Part shown: one piece after another, positions 24,051 to 35,904 of the stretch | How the letters are laid out: each line of letters begins with the position of its first letter | Position numbering within the stretch: position 1 is the first letter of the stretch | Origin: Eukaryota sp. TZLM1-RC | Lineage: Eukaryota; Protista; Metamonada: BaSk clade | Length of the DNA stretch: 64,000 bases | Assembly: GCA_040285825.1 (NCBI GenBank) | Contig: JAUPSS010000004.1 | Coordinates: forward strand, 2,150,550-2,214,549 | Reading direction: 5' to 3' | Program-made: the position numbers and the translations under genes | Notes under the pieces: model-generated | The model's input: only the letters and a program-made list of their open reading frames with translations | The model's database searches: none | Told to the model about the DNA's origin: nothing

Positions 24051-24778
24051 TTCCCTATTTTGAAAATTTGGTGTATTCAATCAGACTTATGGTTGTCAAT
24101 TCAAAATAAATTAGTTTTAAATGTTTATTGATGATGAATATCGCTCAAGATTACATCTTGCATGTTTTCGTTTCTTCATAAAAGAACTAGATGATACAAA
24201 AGTTGGTGAATGGAGTTTGGTTGTTTGCTTACCATTTCTCTTATTCGCATGGGAATTTCATTTCAGTACAGTAAATCTGTAGCATTTTTGGATTTTTCCA
24301 TAATTTAAAGCACTCCCCTATACAAAACATATCTTATTCACAAGCATCTTGCAATAAGCTATGGAAAAATGATGGATACCCATGTACTCTCAGTTTGGCT
24401 GTTTATTTAAAGCATGTTGTGTCATTTGATGCTATAGCTAAAATTCATAGTGTAGAGTAATACAAAAAGTCCTAGGAAAGAGTTGCAGTGGCACAAGATG
24501 ATTGGTTGTCCTTGTTTCAGCAAGACAATGCCGCAGAACTCATCGACGTGGACGATGTTCATCCACCCTCAGACATGGAAAATCATTTCGACTTGCTGAA
24601 TGACGATGTAGCATTGACTAGCATTAAAAATAAACACTTTGATGACAAATGGTCTTAATCAACTCTAAAGTGATATAAACTCTTCGTATAGGTGATGTCA
24701 ATGTTGGTATAACCTCAACTGAACATAGCAATGTCAGGAGAATGACCAATGGAATATAAGTAAAGGTGGCCCAAAACG

Positions 24779-25384
24779 ATGAAATCAGAAATAGAGAAAC
24801 TCCAAAGTTTAGACTACTTCTCGATGAGTACGGGCATTACAGTTGATAACTTCTCGGTACTGACACAATGTGATCCTGAGCGCTTCTTTTCCATACTTTT
24901 TGAACTTTATTCCAATCCATCTAAAGCTGTTCTGGAGAAACTATCTGTTGTTGCCTCTGAATCAGATGTCTCTCTCATGGAATTGCGTAAAGTCTTCACA
25001 TTCTGTCTCGACTTTGTCAGACGTTCTTATAAAACTAGTGCCAGTCCAGTAAAAGTTAGATCAGAGCTACAAAGTAGAAAAATGCCTGATGAGCTTATTG
25101 CACTCTTCCTCTCTCATTACAGTTCACACAAACCTCCTATGTCTTCCTCTTCTGCCGAGAAGGCCATTCAGTCTGCCACATTGATAGACATGGACTGGAG
25201 ATTTCTTGGCAATATTGCCAGTAGTGATGGTCCTGGATGCGGGGCACTGGTACAGTTGTCGTTAAAGCTTGCTGATGGTGAAAATGAACCCAGATTTGTT
25301 TTATTTGAAGTTACTATTCCAGAATTTTTCGCTTTTCTATCTAAAATGGAGCGTGTTAAATCCAAAATAGATTCATATTATTAA
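24779..25384 (+). CDS. COMM domain protein, COMMD7-like
   Basis: LIDMDWRF...ASSD...VQLSLKL...FEVTIPEFFAFLSKMERVK. Confidence 0.82.
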   Translation: MKSEIEKLQSLDYFSMSTGITVDNFSVLTQCDPERFFSILFELYSNPSKAVLEKLSVVASESDVSLMELRKVFTFCLDFVRRSYKTSASPVKVRSELQSRKMPDELIALFLSHYSSHKPPMSSSSAEKAIQSATLIDMDWRFLGNIASSDGPGCGALVQLSLKLADGENEPRFVLFEVTIPEFFAFLSKMERVKSKIDSYY

Positions 25385-25583
25385 TTTATTTGTAAATGAA
25401 ATAAACTTTTTTATCAATTCAATGATGTTAATGACTTTTAATTGATACGCAAACATTCTACCATTCTCTCTCAAAAGACAACAAAAACAGCAATAACAGT
25501 CAAAAAATACCGTGCTGGGTTCAAAAACTTTGGGAATTGTGCCCCAAAATGCTTCCAAACATACAAGCGCCAAAGAATAAAAC

Positions 25584-25997
25584 TTAACTGAAAAACATTT
25601 TAAAATAAATGTGCAAAGATTTTGTTAGAGTGGTAGGTGTTACATTAACGTTAACCAGACGAACACTACCCAAATATGGAAGAAAAACGTTGATAGGACA
25701 GGGATCATATGAGGGAATGAATTCAACAACAGTTCCTGTTTCAAATAAACTGAATAAAGTTAAGTGAAATGAATCAAGATTCAAATCACAGTTTACATAG
25801 AATGGACCTTTTGAAAGGAAAACAAGCAAGAATTGCGTACGAGGTACTGGCCATGGATGATCGTAGATCTGATCGATAGAATTAAAGGGACACGTCGTAC
25901 TGCCATCTTGTTTCAAACAATAATCCATAGAGACTTGATCAAAGAAGTAAACCGCATTACAAGAAGCAAAGAAGAATAGAACAAACCACTTCTTCAT
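25584..25997 (-). CDS. Putative secreted protein (may be truncated or spliced at the 3' end)
   Basis: Signal-peptide-like MKKWFVLFFFASCNA and a DGSTTCPFNSI motif. Confidence 0.5.
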   Translation of the reverse strand: MKKWFVLFFFASCNAVYFFDQVSMDYCLKQDGSTTCPFNSIDQIYDHPWPVPRTQFLLVFLSKGPFYVNCDLNLDSFHLTLFSLFETGTVVEFIPSYDPCPINVFLPYLGSVRLVNVNVTPTTLTKSLHIYFKMFFS

Positions 25998-26299
25998 CTT
26001 GAATCATTAAAGTAAAGATCGATTTATTCAAAATTGATGCTTCTCTTGGCGCCCTCTATCCCTAAGACTTAAGGCAACACTTCTCTCAAAACAAATGTAT
26101 ACCTTCAGGAAAGCTATGAAAAAATTTCCACAATCAAATTGTTTTTCGGTTTCATTTGTAATTGAATGATTTGAAAATTATATCTTCAATTTGTGCTTCA
26201 AAAATGCAATTAGTTCTGTTTAAAGAAAAGCAATTTTTGATGTAATTGAATCTTAATTTCCTGAGCTTTCGAGTCTATTCTTGCCATTCTGAAGGTAAA

Positions 26300-26550
26300 G
26301 AATTTGGTTCAATTTTCAATTCATTTGTTCTGAAATCAGCCTACTGTGTGAAACAAGGTGATCCTCTACACCATCTACATTTTTGTTCTCTTGTGAATTC
26401 ACAATTTGTGTTGCAGGAAACCTTAGTAAGAATTGTCAAACATTCTTGAAAGCTTGGATTTTGATGTTAGACTTGTCTTGGCCAAGAAAAAGAATCCTGC
26501 TTTTGCAAATCTTTTACAAGATATGTGTGATAGTACACTTCCGCTTTAAC
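26300..26550 (+). mobile_element. Short non-LTR fragments (RT motif and a family D piece)
   Basis: VKQGDPL. 26450-26540 matches the reverse complement of about 60180-60270. Confidence 0.7.
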
Positions 26551-26637
26551 TGATTCCTCTGGGACATTGGATATGACAATTCACGCCTTTTTAACTATTT
26601 TTATTTGGTCTATTTATTTATTTATTTATTTATTCAC

Positions 26638-28134
26638 CTACTGCAAAATCCACTGCATCAAACTACCCTTATCTCTTGCACCTTGATACACCTCAGGAGC
26701 ATCTTTAGTACCTTCTTTATACTTCAATAAAGTAGGTAGGGATTGAACATCGTGATTAGGAACAACATTCTTGTCCATATCAATTTCAGCAACTACAATA
26801 TCGGATCTTCCCATCTCTACCAAATCTTCAGCAAGTTCAGTCCAAATAGGAGCCAAATTCTTACAACTGCGATAAGAAAAGAGAAGCAAAACACATACTG
26901 ACCGCACCAATCAGTGTAACATTTGAGAACTACTGTTCTAGGTTCATTATAGACCAAGTCAAAAAAGTTATTCGTGACGACTTTATATACTGGCCCTTCA
27001 TTAACCTCTGGAACATCTTCACTCTTGACCTTTTGCTTAATCTTGCCTTCCAAAAATTGCTTAATGAATAAGGAAATTTCTTCAACATTAAGCTCGTGAT
27101 CTTCTGGATAAATAATCTGTTGCTGGTTAGAAAGATCCAAAACACCAACAGAAGGTAGCTTCGTCACACCAAATTTAGTAATAAACTCACCAAATGTAGT
27201 TGAATCAACAGACCAATACGAAACTTTCTGTGGTTTAACCCCCTGGTCTGTTTCTATTAATATGGTTTCTCCTTGACGAGCCACTTCCTTGGCAATAGGG
27301 AAGATCGAGTTCTCGTTGAGTTCTAGGGTGAAAAATGATAAAGATGTACAAACCATGGAAGAAAAAGACGACAGGAAGACCAGAAGAGACGATATGTCCA
27401 AACGATTCTGGATGAAGATTCTCAACCAAGAGTCTGCGGTTGTCATCAGTCCAATCAACAATGTCAGCAGTCTTCAGCTTTCCACTGTAGTCAATGGGAG
27501 TCTCGTCCTCCTTCCATAACTGAATGCTAGGGGTCTGTTTAAGTTTCAAACCTCTAGCTAAGATTTTATCAGTAACAATGTAAAAAGGCAAATTGGTATA
27601 GAAATGGGAAGCGTCGACAAAAGCTTTGGCTTCAGGTGATGTGGAAGATTGAAAGTAACCAACAACTCTGGGGGAGTGTTGATTTTGGAAGCGTTTTCTG
27701 CCTTGCTTTGAAGAAAGTTCAATAGGATTTGAGTTCTTTAGTTGGGAAAGATATCCAATCATGCCTCTGGTGTCTCTGGGTCCATGGTAGTTGCGTACAA
27801 TACCATGACGAACGAAGAATAGTGCTGGTTGGTCAGGAGGGGGAGGAGCAGGAAGATTGAGCAATTGGAGGGTAGATCGGTTGAGATCAGTAAAGACAGT
27901 AAAGTATGTTGTGGGAAGACCTTGTGATACCTCCTTGATCAATTGAATAAACTTCTGGAATTGTTCTGATTTTTCGTCAGAACCTACAACGATGAAACCA
28001 AAAGGAACAGATTCGATAAATTTGGGAAGTGTCTCAGTGGTCTGTCGCGTAATGGTGGGTTGTTGTGGTTGTTGCTGAGAGGCGAGGGTTACAGCAAAGA
28101 AACATATACAAAGAAGAAGTACAGATTGAGTCAT
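26638..28134 (-). CDS. Protein disulfide isomerase-like protein, 2 introns (27323-27353, 26867-26898)
   Basis: Signal peptide and thioredoxin folds. Splicing the 32-nt intron restores WCGHCK, followed by VAEID and SLPTL. Confidence 0.9.
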
Positions 28135-28424
28135 TGTTACAGTTATTGTCTACAACAATGAAATAAGTGTCTTTTTTACACCGATGTAGAGGGACTAATC
28201 AAAGTAATGCTCATATTTTTGGAATTCACAATCAGTTTTCAATCCGTGTCACTTGAGTCATTGTTGAGACTATTTGAACTGAGTTAAGTTGTGTGATCTT
28301 TCCACACGTTTGATTTCGTGGTGAGTTACTTTTATATTTAAATGATCAACTTGTAACCCATGACCATTATATTATATATTATTTTATCAAACAACGATGG
28401 TGTTTTTTGCCCTTGGTATATTGA

Positions 28425-28630
28425 GAAGTCTAAAATGAAAACCATGTGTAAACAGTTAGCATTTCAAGCTCTCAATTGCTCGTACTGCATCTTTTCTGGT
28501 AGAGAATCTCTTATATGGTTTTCTGATGGAGTAGAATAAAAGAAACACACCATAGGCGGGAGCTTAAAAATGTTGCATGCTCAGTACTTCACGTTGATTG
28601 TTAATAGGAAAAATTGTTCTGTTTATTAAT
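28425..28630 (+). mobile_element. 3' end of RLE non-LTR family E
   Basis: About 200 bp homologous to 32445-32650 (ORF C-terminus plus 3' UTR). Confidence 0.75.
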
Positions 28631-29211
28631 ACAATGTATTTTATGAATGACGTGTGGTGCGGTGTGATTTTCTCACCAGTGTGATACATTCGGGTTTTCG
28701 AACCTTAATCTGAATTGAAAGAATTCTCATTCTATCTGCCAGCAGACAAGATCTACAAATGCTGCTTCTGGCTACCTGAAACATAGCGTGTAGTACAAAC
28801 TATATTCTCTCTAAATTGGAACTTCCCTTTTTTAAGCTATAAACTTGAGCTGAGACAAGGTCATGAGTTGAACCACACCAATCATTACAAGGTAATTTTC
28901 GGAAACGAAATTTAGTTGAGCATATGTTGAAACTGTGTGCATGATTTATGATGCCCGTTACAATACTGACAAGCGTGTTGTATCACACAAGAAAAGACTG
29001 CTAAGTGGTTTAGAAATCATCAACTAATTGAATTCCAATAAACAAATATAGAATAACCGAATAAATAAAAAAAGTATAATGAAAAAAAAATAACTCTTAG
29101 GTAAATTCAACACTTCAAAGCAATCAAAGCAACTTGTACCTGAAATGTGTGACATAGATACAGCAAATAACCCTCTGGAAATAATACACTCAGTAATGGT
29201 AGATAATTAAA

Positions 29212-29668
29212 TTAATGATCGGTATCAATGTCTACAATTTCCGGTTGATGGGGAGTGGGGGCTTCCATCTGAGTCTTAGGCTCTTCAGAATTTGGAGCAG
29301 TGGTTCCAGAAGACTGTAGTTTTTCTGCTTTTAGTCGTTCCTTGTACTCTAAATGAACTGAAGTTAATAAGAAAAACAACAAACAGTTGCGGGCTGCATC
29401 AGCAAAATCAACGAAGTCTGCATCGCATAAAGCGGCTACAAAATCATCCGCAGTGAGAGTGGAGCGCTTGCTTTTTTTAGCATGTTTAGTAGCTCTTTAA
29501 TAAATTGAAGTAGCCAAATACATACAAGTCAGTTATGAAAGAGATAAAAGTAGTTGTTGCATGATTGATAGCTAAACTTGCATCCTTTGCTACGCTGGTA
29601 CCCTGTGGAATTTGACTCTTTATGATTCTGGTGATGACAGCTTTGGGAAGATCGTATTCATCTGCCAT
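29212..29668 (-). CDS. Histone-fold protein, POLE3/DPB4 (NF-YB-like), 2 small introns
   Basis: DLPKAVITRIIK...VAKDASLAI...FISFITDL|ATKHAKKQKRSTLTADDF. Confidence 0.85.
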
Positions 29669-29717
29669 TGTTATCTGAATTAGGTTTATTGAATTCGCCT
29701 TCTTTTTTCCATTCAAT

Positions 29718-30395
29718 ATGAGCAGGTATGTCATTTGATTCTCTCATCTTAGAATTCCAAGCGACCACCTACGTACTTGCATCGACACTATCCTTAAGTT
29801 CTCTGAAGAACACAAGAGAAACTTCCCAGAAACTATCGAGCTCCAAATCGGTTTGAAGCACTACGATATCAAGAAGGACAAGCGTTTCGCTGGTTCTTTC
29901 GAACTCCCAGCATGTCCCAGACCAAATTTAAACTGTTGTGTTCTTGGTGATGCTTCTCATTGTGAACAAGCCGCTGCCCTTGGTCTCCCCTACATGACTG
30001 TCGAAGATCTTGGTAAATTGAAAGGACAAAACAAGCTTGTCAAGAGACTCTGTAAGCGTTATGCTTTCTTTGTCGCTTCTGAATCTGTTTTCAAATCTCT
30101 TCCTAGAATTGTCGGTCCTGGCTTCAACAAGGCTGGTAAATTTCCCTCTTTGGTAAAGAAAGACGAAGATCTGATGAACAAAATCAACGGTCTCCGTTCT
30201 ACTATCAAGTTCCAATTAAAGAAGAGTCTTTCCCTCAACATTGCATGTGCTAATGTCAACATGGATAAGGAAGACATCGCCAAGAACATTATCCTATCTG
30301 TCAACTTCTTGATCTCCCTCTTGAAGAAGGGTTGGACTAACATCAACACTCTCCACATCAAGTCCACTATGGGTCCTGCCCAAAGATTGTTCTAA
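29718..30395 (+). CDS. RPL10A: 60S ribosomal protein L10a (uL1), 27-nt intron at 29726-29752
   Basis: MSRI...KRNFPETIELQIGLK...GPGFNKAGKFP...KSTMG. Confidence 0.96.
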
Positions 30396-30639
30396 ACAAT
30401 GTCGATGCCGTAGACACCATGAATATGATTCATGGAAGCCCAGTTTTCTGCCATCAATAAAGATAATTTTAGACTTTGAGTTTTCTGCAGCTTCTTGTGC
30501 ATTTACCAGACAATTAAACTTTTTACCATAAATATTTGTATAAAATGATCATTTACTCATTCAAAAATTCAAAGTATTAACAAAATAACCCCTGGTTTGC
30601 CTGAGAAGCATTAAATGTATGATGAAATTGACCAGCTAC

Positions 30640-30840
30640 ACAAAACTTGTCACAGTGGAGTATCTGTATTGACCCTAATTCAAGGGTGGTCTTGGTTTTC
30701 TCGATCTTGCTTTATTGTTGAAAGAATGTCAAATTCAGAAATACAACATTTTGCAAAGTTCTTTTGATCCTGATCTGAGAAATCTATTTGAATCAATGAA
30801 CCAAGGAAGATCTGATTGGAAACGGAAATTTTTCTCCAAT
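30640..30840 (+). mobile_element. Non-LTR RT thumb fragment
   Basis: Manual translation gives EYLY.P...GGLGFLDL...SSFDPDLR. Confidence 0.55.
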
Positions 30841-30865
30841 TGAAAAGTTGGAAAAATACTCTCTA

Positions 30866-31090
30866 TTGGAAAAGAAACAACAATGAAAAGATTTGATATT
30901 TTTTTATGGCGTTCAAGGATTCAATTTGCCATTATTAATAGATTACCACGGTTTTTCAATCGAATAAGAGAAGCTTTAGCTAGACAGCAAGCAGATCAAG
31001 ATTTTGTAGAGGAAATCTTGATTCAATGATAGTCGTCCAATTAGTGTTGAGTTAATTTAATTAAGTGTGCAAATTCAATAAATACAAAAA
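30866..31090 (+). mobile_element. 3' tail of CRE-like family C
   Basis: Near-identical to 21700-21915. Confidence 0.85.
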
Positions 31091-31667
31091 TCACTCTATT
31101 GGTTGAAGAATGGATTCACAAATATCCATCTTTGTAAAAAGATTATTTCCAAATTTAAACATGATAAAATTCAAGGAAAATTCGACACATTTGTGGAGTG
31201 TAAAGTACATTCTTCAATGAACATCGTCATATTAGACTCAGAAAATGTGAACGCTGATCATCATTTGTTAGCCTTAGATAGCCTTAATGTTATATTAGTT
31301 CAAAATAGTTTTAATAGTTTGAGTTTATTCTAGGTTATAGTACAATTGCGTTCTAGCGCTAAGTCGAAGGAAACCCTTTTGTCTTCGTAATAAATTACAT
31401 TGCTTTTAGGTATATTATGTCTGACCCCCGCAGATCGTCACATTGGTTGTTTTCCACTTTAGCATGTTGCATTTTGCAATTGATCCTCCCTTGACTGTAT
31501 TGCTTACTGTTGATAACCCTTATTGATGGAAAACTTATCAGAAAATGCCTGATCTCAACTATTGCCTCCTGTGTCCTCATTATGTCAATCTGGACCATCA
31601 ACTTTGTGTCACATTTTATGCAGTTGTCCAAGTTATCAAATTCCTGAACACAACAAACCTCAAAAGT

Positions 31668-32060
31668 ATTTATTGAATTTGCACACTTACTTCAATTAAC
31701 TCAATACTAATGGGACGACTATCATTGAACCAAGATTTCCTCTATAAAATCTTGATCTGCTTGCTGTCTAGCTAAAGCTTCTCTTATTCGATTGAAAAAC
31801 CGAGGTAATCTATTAATAATGGCAAATTGAATCCGTGAACGTCATAAAAAAATATCATATCTTTTCATTGTTTTTTCTTGCACCAATTCTTGGAAGTCAT
31901 TCAAAAAAGTTTCTGCTTCATCTGATAATCTTCCATTTATCGAAAATGGAAAAGCAATAAAATCAGCTGTGTATTTCTATCGGCATTAGCCTCTTCAATA
32001 ACTTTATCATATTTTTTATGTTTCTCTTTTGCTTTAAAATCAAGAGCAGCCACAGACCTC
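31668..32060 (-). mobile_element. 3' end of CRE-like family C
   Basis: Reverse complement of about 21525-21912. Confidence 0.85.
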
Positions 32061-32089
32061 AATGAAGACATAATTCAATTATAAATAGT

Positions 32090-32650
32090 TTTGTTAACCT
32101 CTTACTTCCTTTCCTAGATCATTATGATGTTGATTGCGATTTACCTTATCACACAAATCATCAAATTTATTTTCCTTTGGTTGTGACTGAGTTAAGACAT
32201 AATGTAATTCTTACCACAAACAATGCTGGTGAATCAAGAAGGAATACATTCTAGATTTGTGAGTTAATATCGTCGATGAAACATTTTTCAGATAGTAGGC
32301 ATACATTAAAAAGAAGGAAATATCGGAGTGTTGAATTGTTATCGTCAAATTTAGATTTTTTGGTTGAATCATTTCTTTTTGAAGTTTCAGTAAGAGGAAT
32401 GGTTGCTTATAGCTGCATTTTATTGGTGAAAAGATTACTCATTCCAAAGTCTAAAATGAAAACCATCTGTAAAGAATTAACACTTCAAGCTCTCAGTTGC
32501 TCATACCGCATCTTTTCAGCTAGAGAATCTCTTATATGGTTGTCTGATGAAATAGAAGTATAAAAGCACACCAGGGGCGGAGTCTTAAAAGTGTTGGAAG
32601 CTCAATATGTCACGTTGATTGTTAATAGGAAACATTGTTTTTCATTAATA
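32090..32650 (+). mobile_element. RLE domain and 3' UTR of a second non-LTR clade (R2/NeSL/HERO-like), family E
   Basis: DL...FP..VTELRHNV (RPD-like), ICELI, KRRKY, FEVSVRG and SYRIFSARE..W. Confidence 0.72.
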
Positions 32651-32809
32651 GAACTTACTTTTTACTCCCATTTATTTCTGCAGTGTAAACGGTGTTTCGA
32701 CATTGAAGTTATTGGCTTGGTTTTGTTTTTGTTTGGGTATTCTTGAAGTCAAAACCAAAAGAAAGCCGTTTTTTTGCTAAATAATTTTTACAACCCAGAT
32801 TCTGTAAAC

Positions 32810-33565
32810 TTTTTTAATTTATTTAAACGAGAAACTAAATAAACTTAAAATTGTAAATCTTTATATCCCAGATCAGACAAAAAAGTTGACTGGAATTTTT
32901 TCTTTCATAAAAACAACCAAGAGATAGTAAAGCAGAAGACAATAAGGGGACAACACCTTTAAAAATTGAAAATACAATTCTTCTCTGCCAAAACATTTTG
33001 TCAAAAATTCTTCCAGTACGTTGTTTCACAATTTCAACAAAATGCTCCAAGAAAGATAAGGCAAGTGGTCCAAGCGTGCCATGTAAGGAAAAAGAAAATG
33101 GACAAAGGATATAATGAATGTGGGATTGAGCATTCAAGGTTAGCAACTTTGCTTTATATTTATCAATTTTAGAGTTTTCAGCAACAGACAGCGGATTCTT
33201 GTGTTATGACTGAGCTACTGGTATGGAAGAATTATTACACACATCAGTGGATCTCACATCAGTAAAGATAGTCGTCCCTTCATGAATTTCAAAAATTAAT
33301 TCACCTCTATTTCGATCAAAATAATTATAAATTTTTGGTTGGAAAAAATAAAAATACAATATGAAAAACAAAAAAAATTTCGATCAAAAGAATTCAAGGT
33401 ATCTTCATCAACCAAACGAAAGAGTAAATGTTCTAAGTAGGAAATAATTCTGTGTGACTTTGACATACAATAGAGTTGATCCCTAACTGCATCATGAACT
33501 TTTGATTGGAGAATAATAAAGTGTTTAATATTAAACAAATGATGACCCAGACTCTTTGGAGTGAA
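32810..33565 (-). mobile_element. CRE-like family B 3' fragments
   Basis: HDAVRDQLYCMSKSHRI and LCPFSFSLHGTLG...FWQRRIVF. Matches 14800-15430. Confidence 0.85.
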
Positions 33566-33595
33566 ATATACAATTATTTTTTGATTTATAATTCT

Positions 33596-34459
33596 ATGCT
33601 GAATTCATTAGCTTGTTTTGCTTCACATGCCAGGCCTCAACTTGAACCACCGCCTCTTGGTGCCCATATAAACATTGCATCCCATTTCTCCCCTGCTGCA
33701 AGTGTATCACATCATTTCAGTTATGGTCAAGGACCACAAGATCCCGATGTTCCAACAGGATATCACGCCACACTCAATGTACATTCTCAGAGATCAGCAT
33801 TATCCTTTACAGCCTTTCCTCCTTCTCGATTTGTTGCACATGCTGCTAAATCACTCAAATCGTGGCTTTCTGTCCACACCACAGCTCAAAACATAGACCC
33901 AGAATCTCCTCCACTCTCCCTTGAAGTCGATATAAATACCTCTAAATGTTCGATTTCATCTAAAGTGGCAGGCTCAATTCATAAGGCAGTGGCTCTCTCA
34001 GTTACCCCATTTCCCTCCATTTCTATAGGGGGTCAGGTAGATATAGCTGGGAAGCATAAGCAGACCACTCTTGCCCTTGAATCCAGAGTTGGGAGTATCT
34101 GGAAGAAGGATAAACGGAAACCAATCAATTTTGATTGTTTACCTCGTTTTATTAGCACAGTTTTGGGGAATAGAGACAATTATTCAATAACGAACACAGT
34201 AAACATAAACAAGAACTTTTCAATTTCCAGTGAAACTTCTGGTAACTTCTCTTCCAAAACACCTCCTTCTTCCTCAATTGGTTACAGGTATACTGCACCT
34301 CATGCAGGAATTGAGGTCAAAGGAGGATTGGAGAATGGGATGCTTTCCACCAGTGCACACGGTGCAGTTCTTCCAGGGGTAGTTCTAGGTGTTGGACTTG
34401 TCGGGAGTTTGGTAGAAGGTGTTGTGAGGACTGGGTTGAGTGTTGATATTGGTGATTAA
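33596..34459 (+). CDS. Tom40-like eukaryotic porin-family beta-barrel
   Basis: GAHINIASHFSPAASVSHHFSYG resembles the first Tom40 strands. Alternating beta pattern, SSIGYRY, and a C-terminal beta-signal-like RTGLSVDI. Confidence 0.68.
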   Translation: MLNSLACFASHARPQLEPPPLGAHINIASHFSPAASVSHHFSYGQGPQDPDVPTGYHATLNVHSQRSALSFTAFPPSRFVAHAAKSLKSWLSVHTTAQNIDPESPPLSLEVDINTSKCSISSKVAGSIHKAVALSVTPFPSISIGGQVDIAGKHKQTTLALESRVGSIWKKDKRKPINFDCLPRFISTVLGNRDNYSITNTVNINKNFSISSETSGNFSSKTPPSSSIGYRYTAPHAGIEVKGGLENGMLSTSAHGAVLPGVVLGVGLVGSLVEGVVRTGLSVDIGD

Positions 34460-35904
34460 TAAAGGGTTTTATTCAAAGTCTTCCTAGACAAGATTTCATA
34501 TCTTTGCAATAATTGATTGTTTAAAAACTAATTGTTGTATTAATGCTCAACCCAGAACACTGAAATGTCACAAATTCCTTTTCAAAACCTTCAATTTTTG
34601 GTATAGTTCCATGTATTTCTGATTAATCATAACAAAACGCAAAGAATGCACTATTCATTTAGTCAACTCTAAGCACAAAACTAATAAAACGAAATTCATA
34701 ATAGAGGTGTTTGCTGGGAGAAATCACCAATGTCTTTAAAGCCCAACTAGTTATTATGAGCGCAAATACAAAATTGGTTTCACCAAGGATGAACAAAGTC
34801 TTTGATCGAGGATTGTGGAAGAAATTTTGCACAACAAATAGACGATTCTTCGAATGAAGAAGTCCTGAATAGTGGGGAAATTTGTTTTAACGTTGTGCAA
34901 AATGTTGTCATTGCTGGCTCCAAATAAATGTTGGAAGTTTCCCTGCCACTTAACTAGTGTAAGTCCAGTTGTCCTGCTCAATCCTTACCACTGAAGAAAA
35001 CTCCCCACCACTGACAAAAGGAAACAAGAGTATTGTGAGATGTGGATAAGTATATTGGAAGAAATGAAGGTTAGCTGAATTTCGGCCTCATAGTTGCAAG
35101 TCTTTTATGTTTAATTGAAAAGTTAAATGTATAATGAAATTGGATGAAATATAAATTGTTTTGTCGACACTTAAACAGGTAAACTGAGACCATTTTATCA
35201 AACTAGGCATATTCTTTGACTAATCTTCGAAAAAAGAAGTGTTTCAGCTAGCGAGATATAGTAAAATGTGACAGAATGTAGTACAAATTGAAAAATGTCA
35301 GCCAAAGGAGACACCATCAATAGTTAATGGAAGGAGAGCAGCTTAGGTTGATGAGGAGAGGGAGTTGATAGAAAGATCCACATCCTTTTCTTGGAATTAA
35401 TAAAAACAAATCACTGTTTCCTGTCCCGCCTTTTTTTCTTTTGAAAAGATTTTCATAACTAGTCATCTCTCCTAAATTAATTCAAACGTTTTAATAACTA
35501 TATTTTATCTCATCATTATTACTAGATTCAGAGGAAGTATCACAATAAGAAGGAGAAGACATCTCCTTGAGAACAGATTTGAAAATGCAATATAAAGGTG
35601 ATGGTTTCATAGCAGATAATTGTTGCAATTGAAGCAACAGAAATTGAAAGAATAATACCAAAAAGATTTCAAGGGAGGAATAAGGCCAGGGATAATTCTG
35701 AGGGGATTATTATTCAACCTAACAGACTACCGCAGACTACCTACCAGAAGAAGTCGAGAATGGGGTAAAATTCAAAGAGTGAATTACTTTTTAAGTGTCG
35801 ACCCACTCAAATACCTGATCTCATGTTTTTGTTTGTTCAAGGAAAGTAATTTTTTGAAAAATAATTATTTCACAAACAATCCTCATTTTTTAAGTATAAT
35901 TTAT

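Noticed and set aside
24130-24330. Integrase-like W...LP..LFA...SP fragment
   Set aside because: Too short and degenerate to call.
24667-24679. AAAGTGATATAAA resembling the B1 right flank AAAGTGAAGAAAA (possible degenerate duplication)
   Set aside because: Only 10 of 13 positions match in AT-rich DNA. Suggestive of the family-A pattern but not supportable.
28650-28720. tRNA-like GGTTTTCGAACC
   Set aside because: No cloverleaf or acceptor stem could be built.
34963-34971. GTCCAGTTG also found at 37184-37192, a possible TSD for Fanzor C1
   Set aside because: Only 9 bp and not testable in the truncated copy C2. The reconstructed empty site would lack an ATG and has an in-frame stop just upstream.
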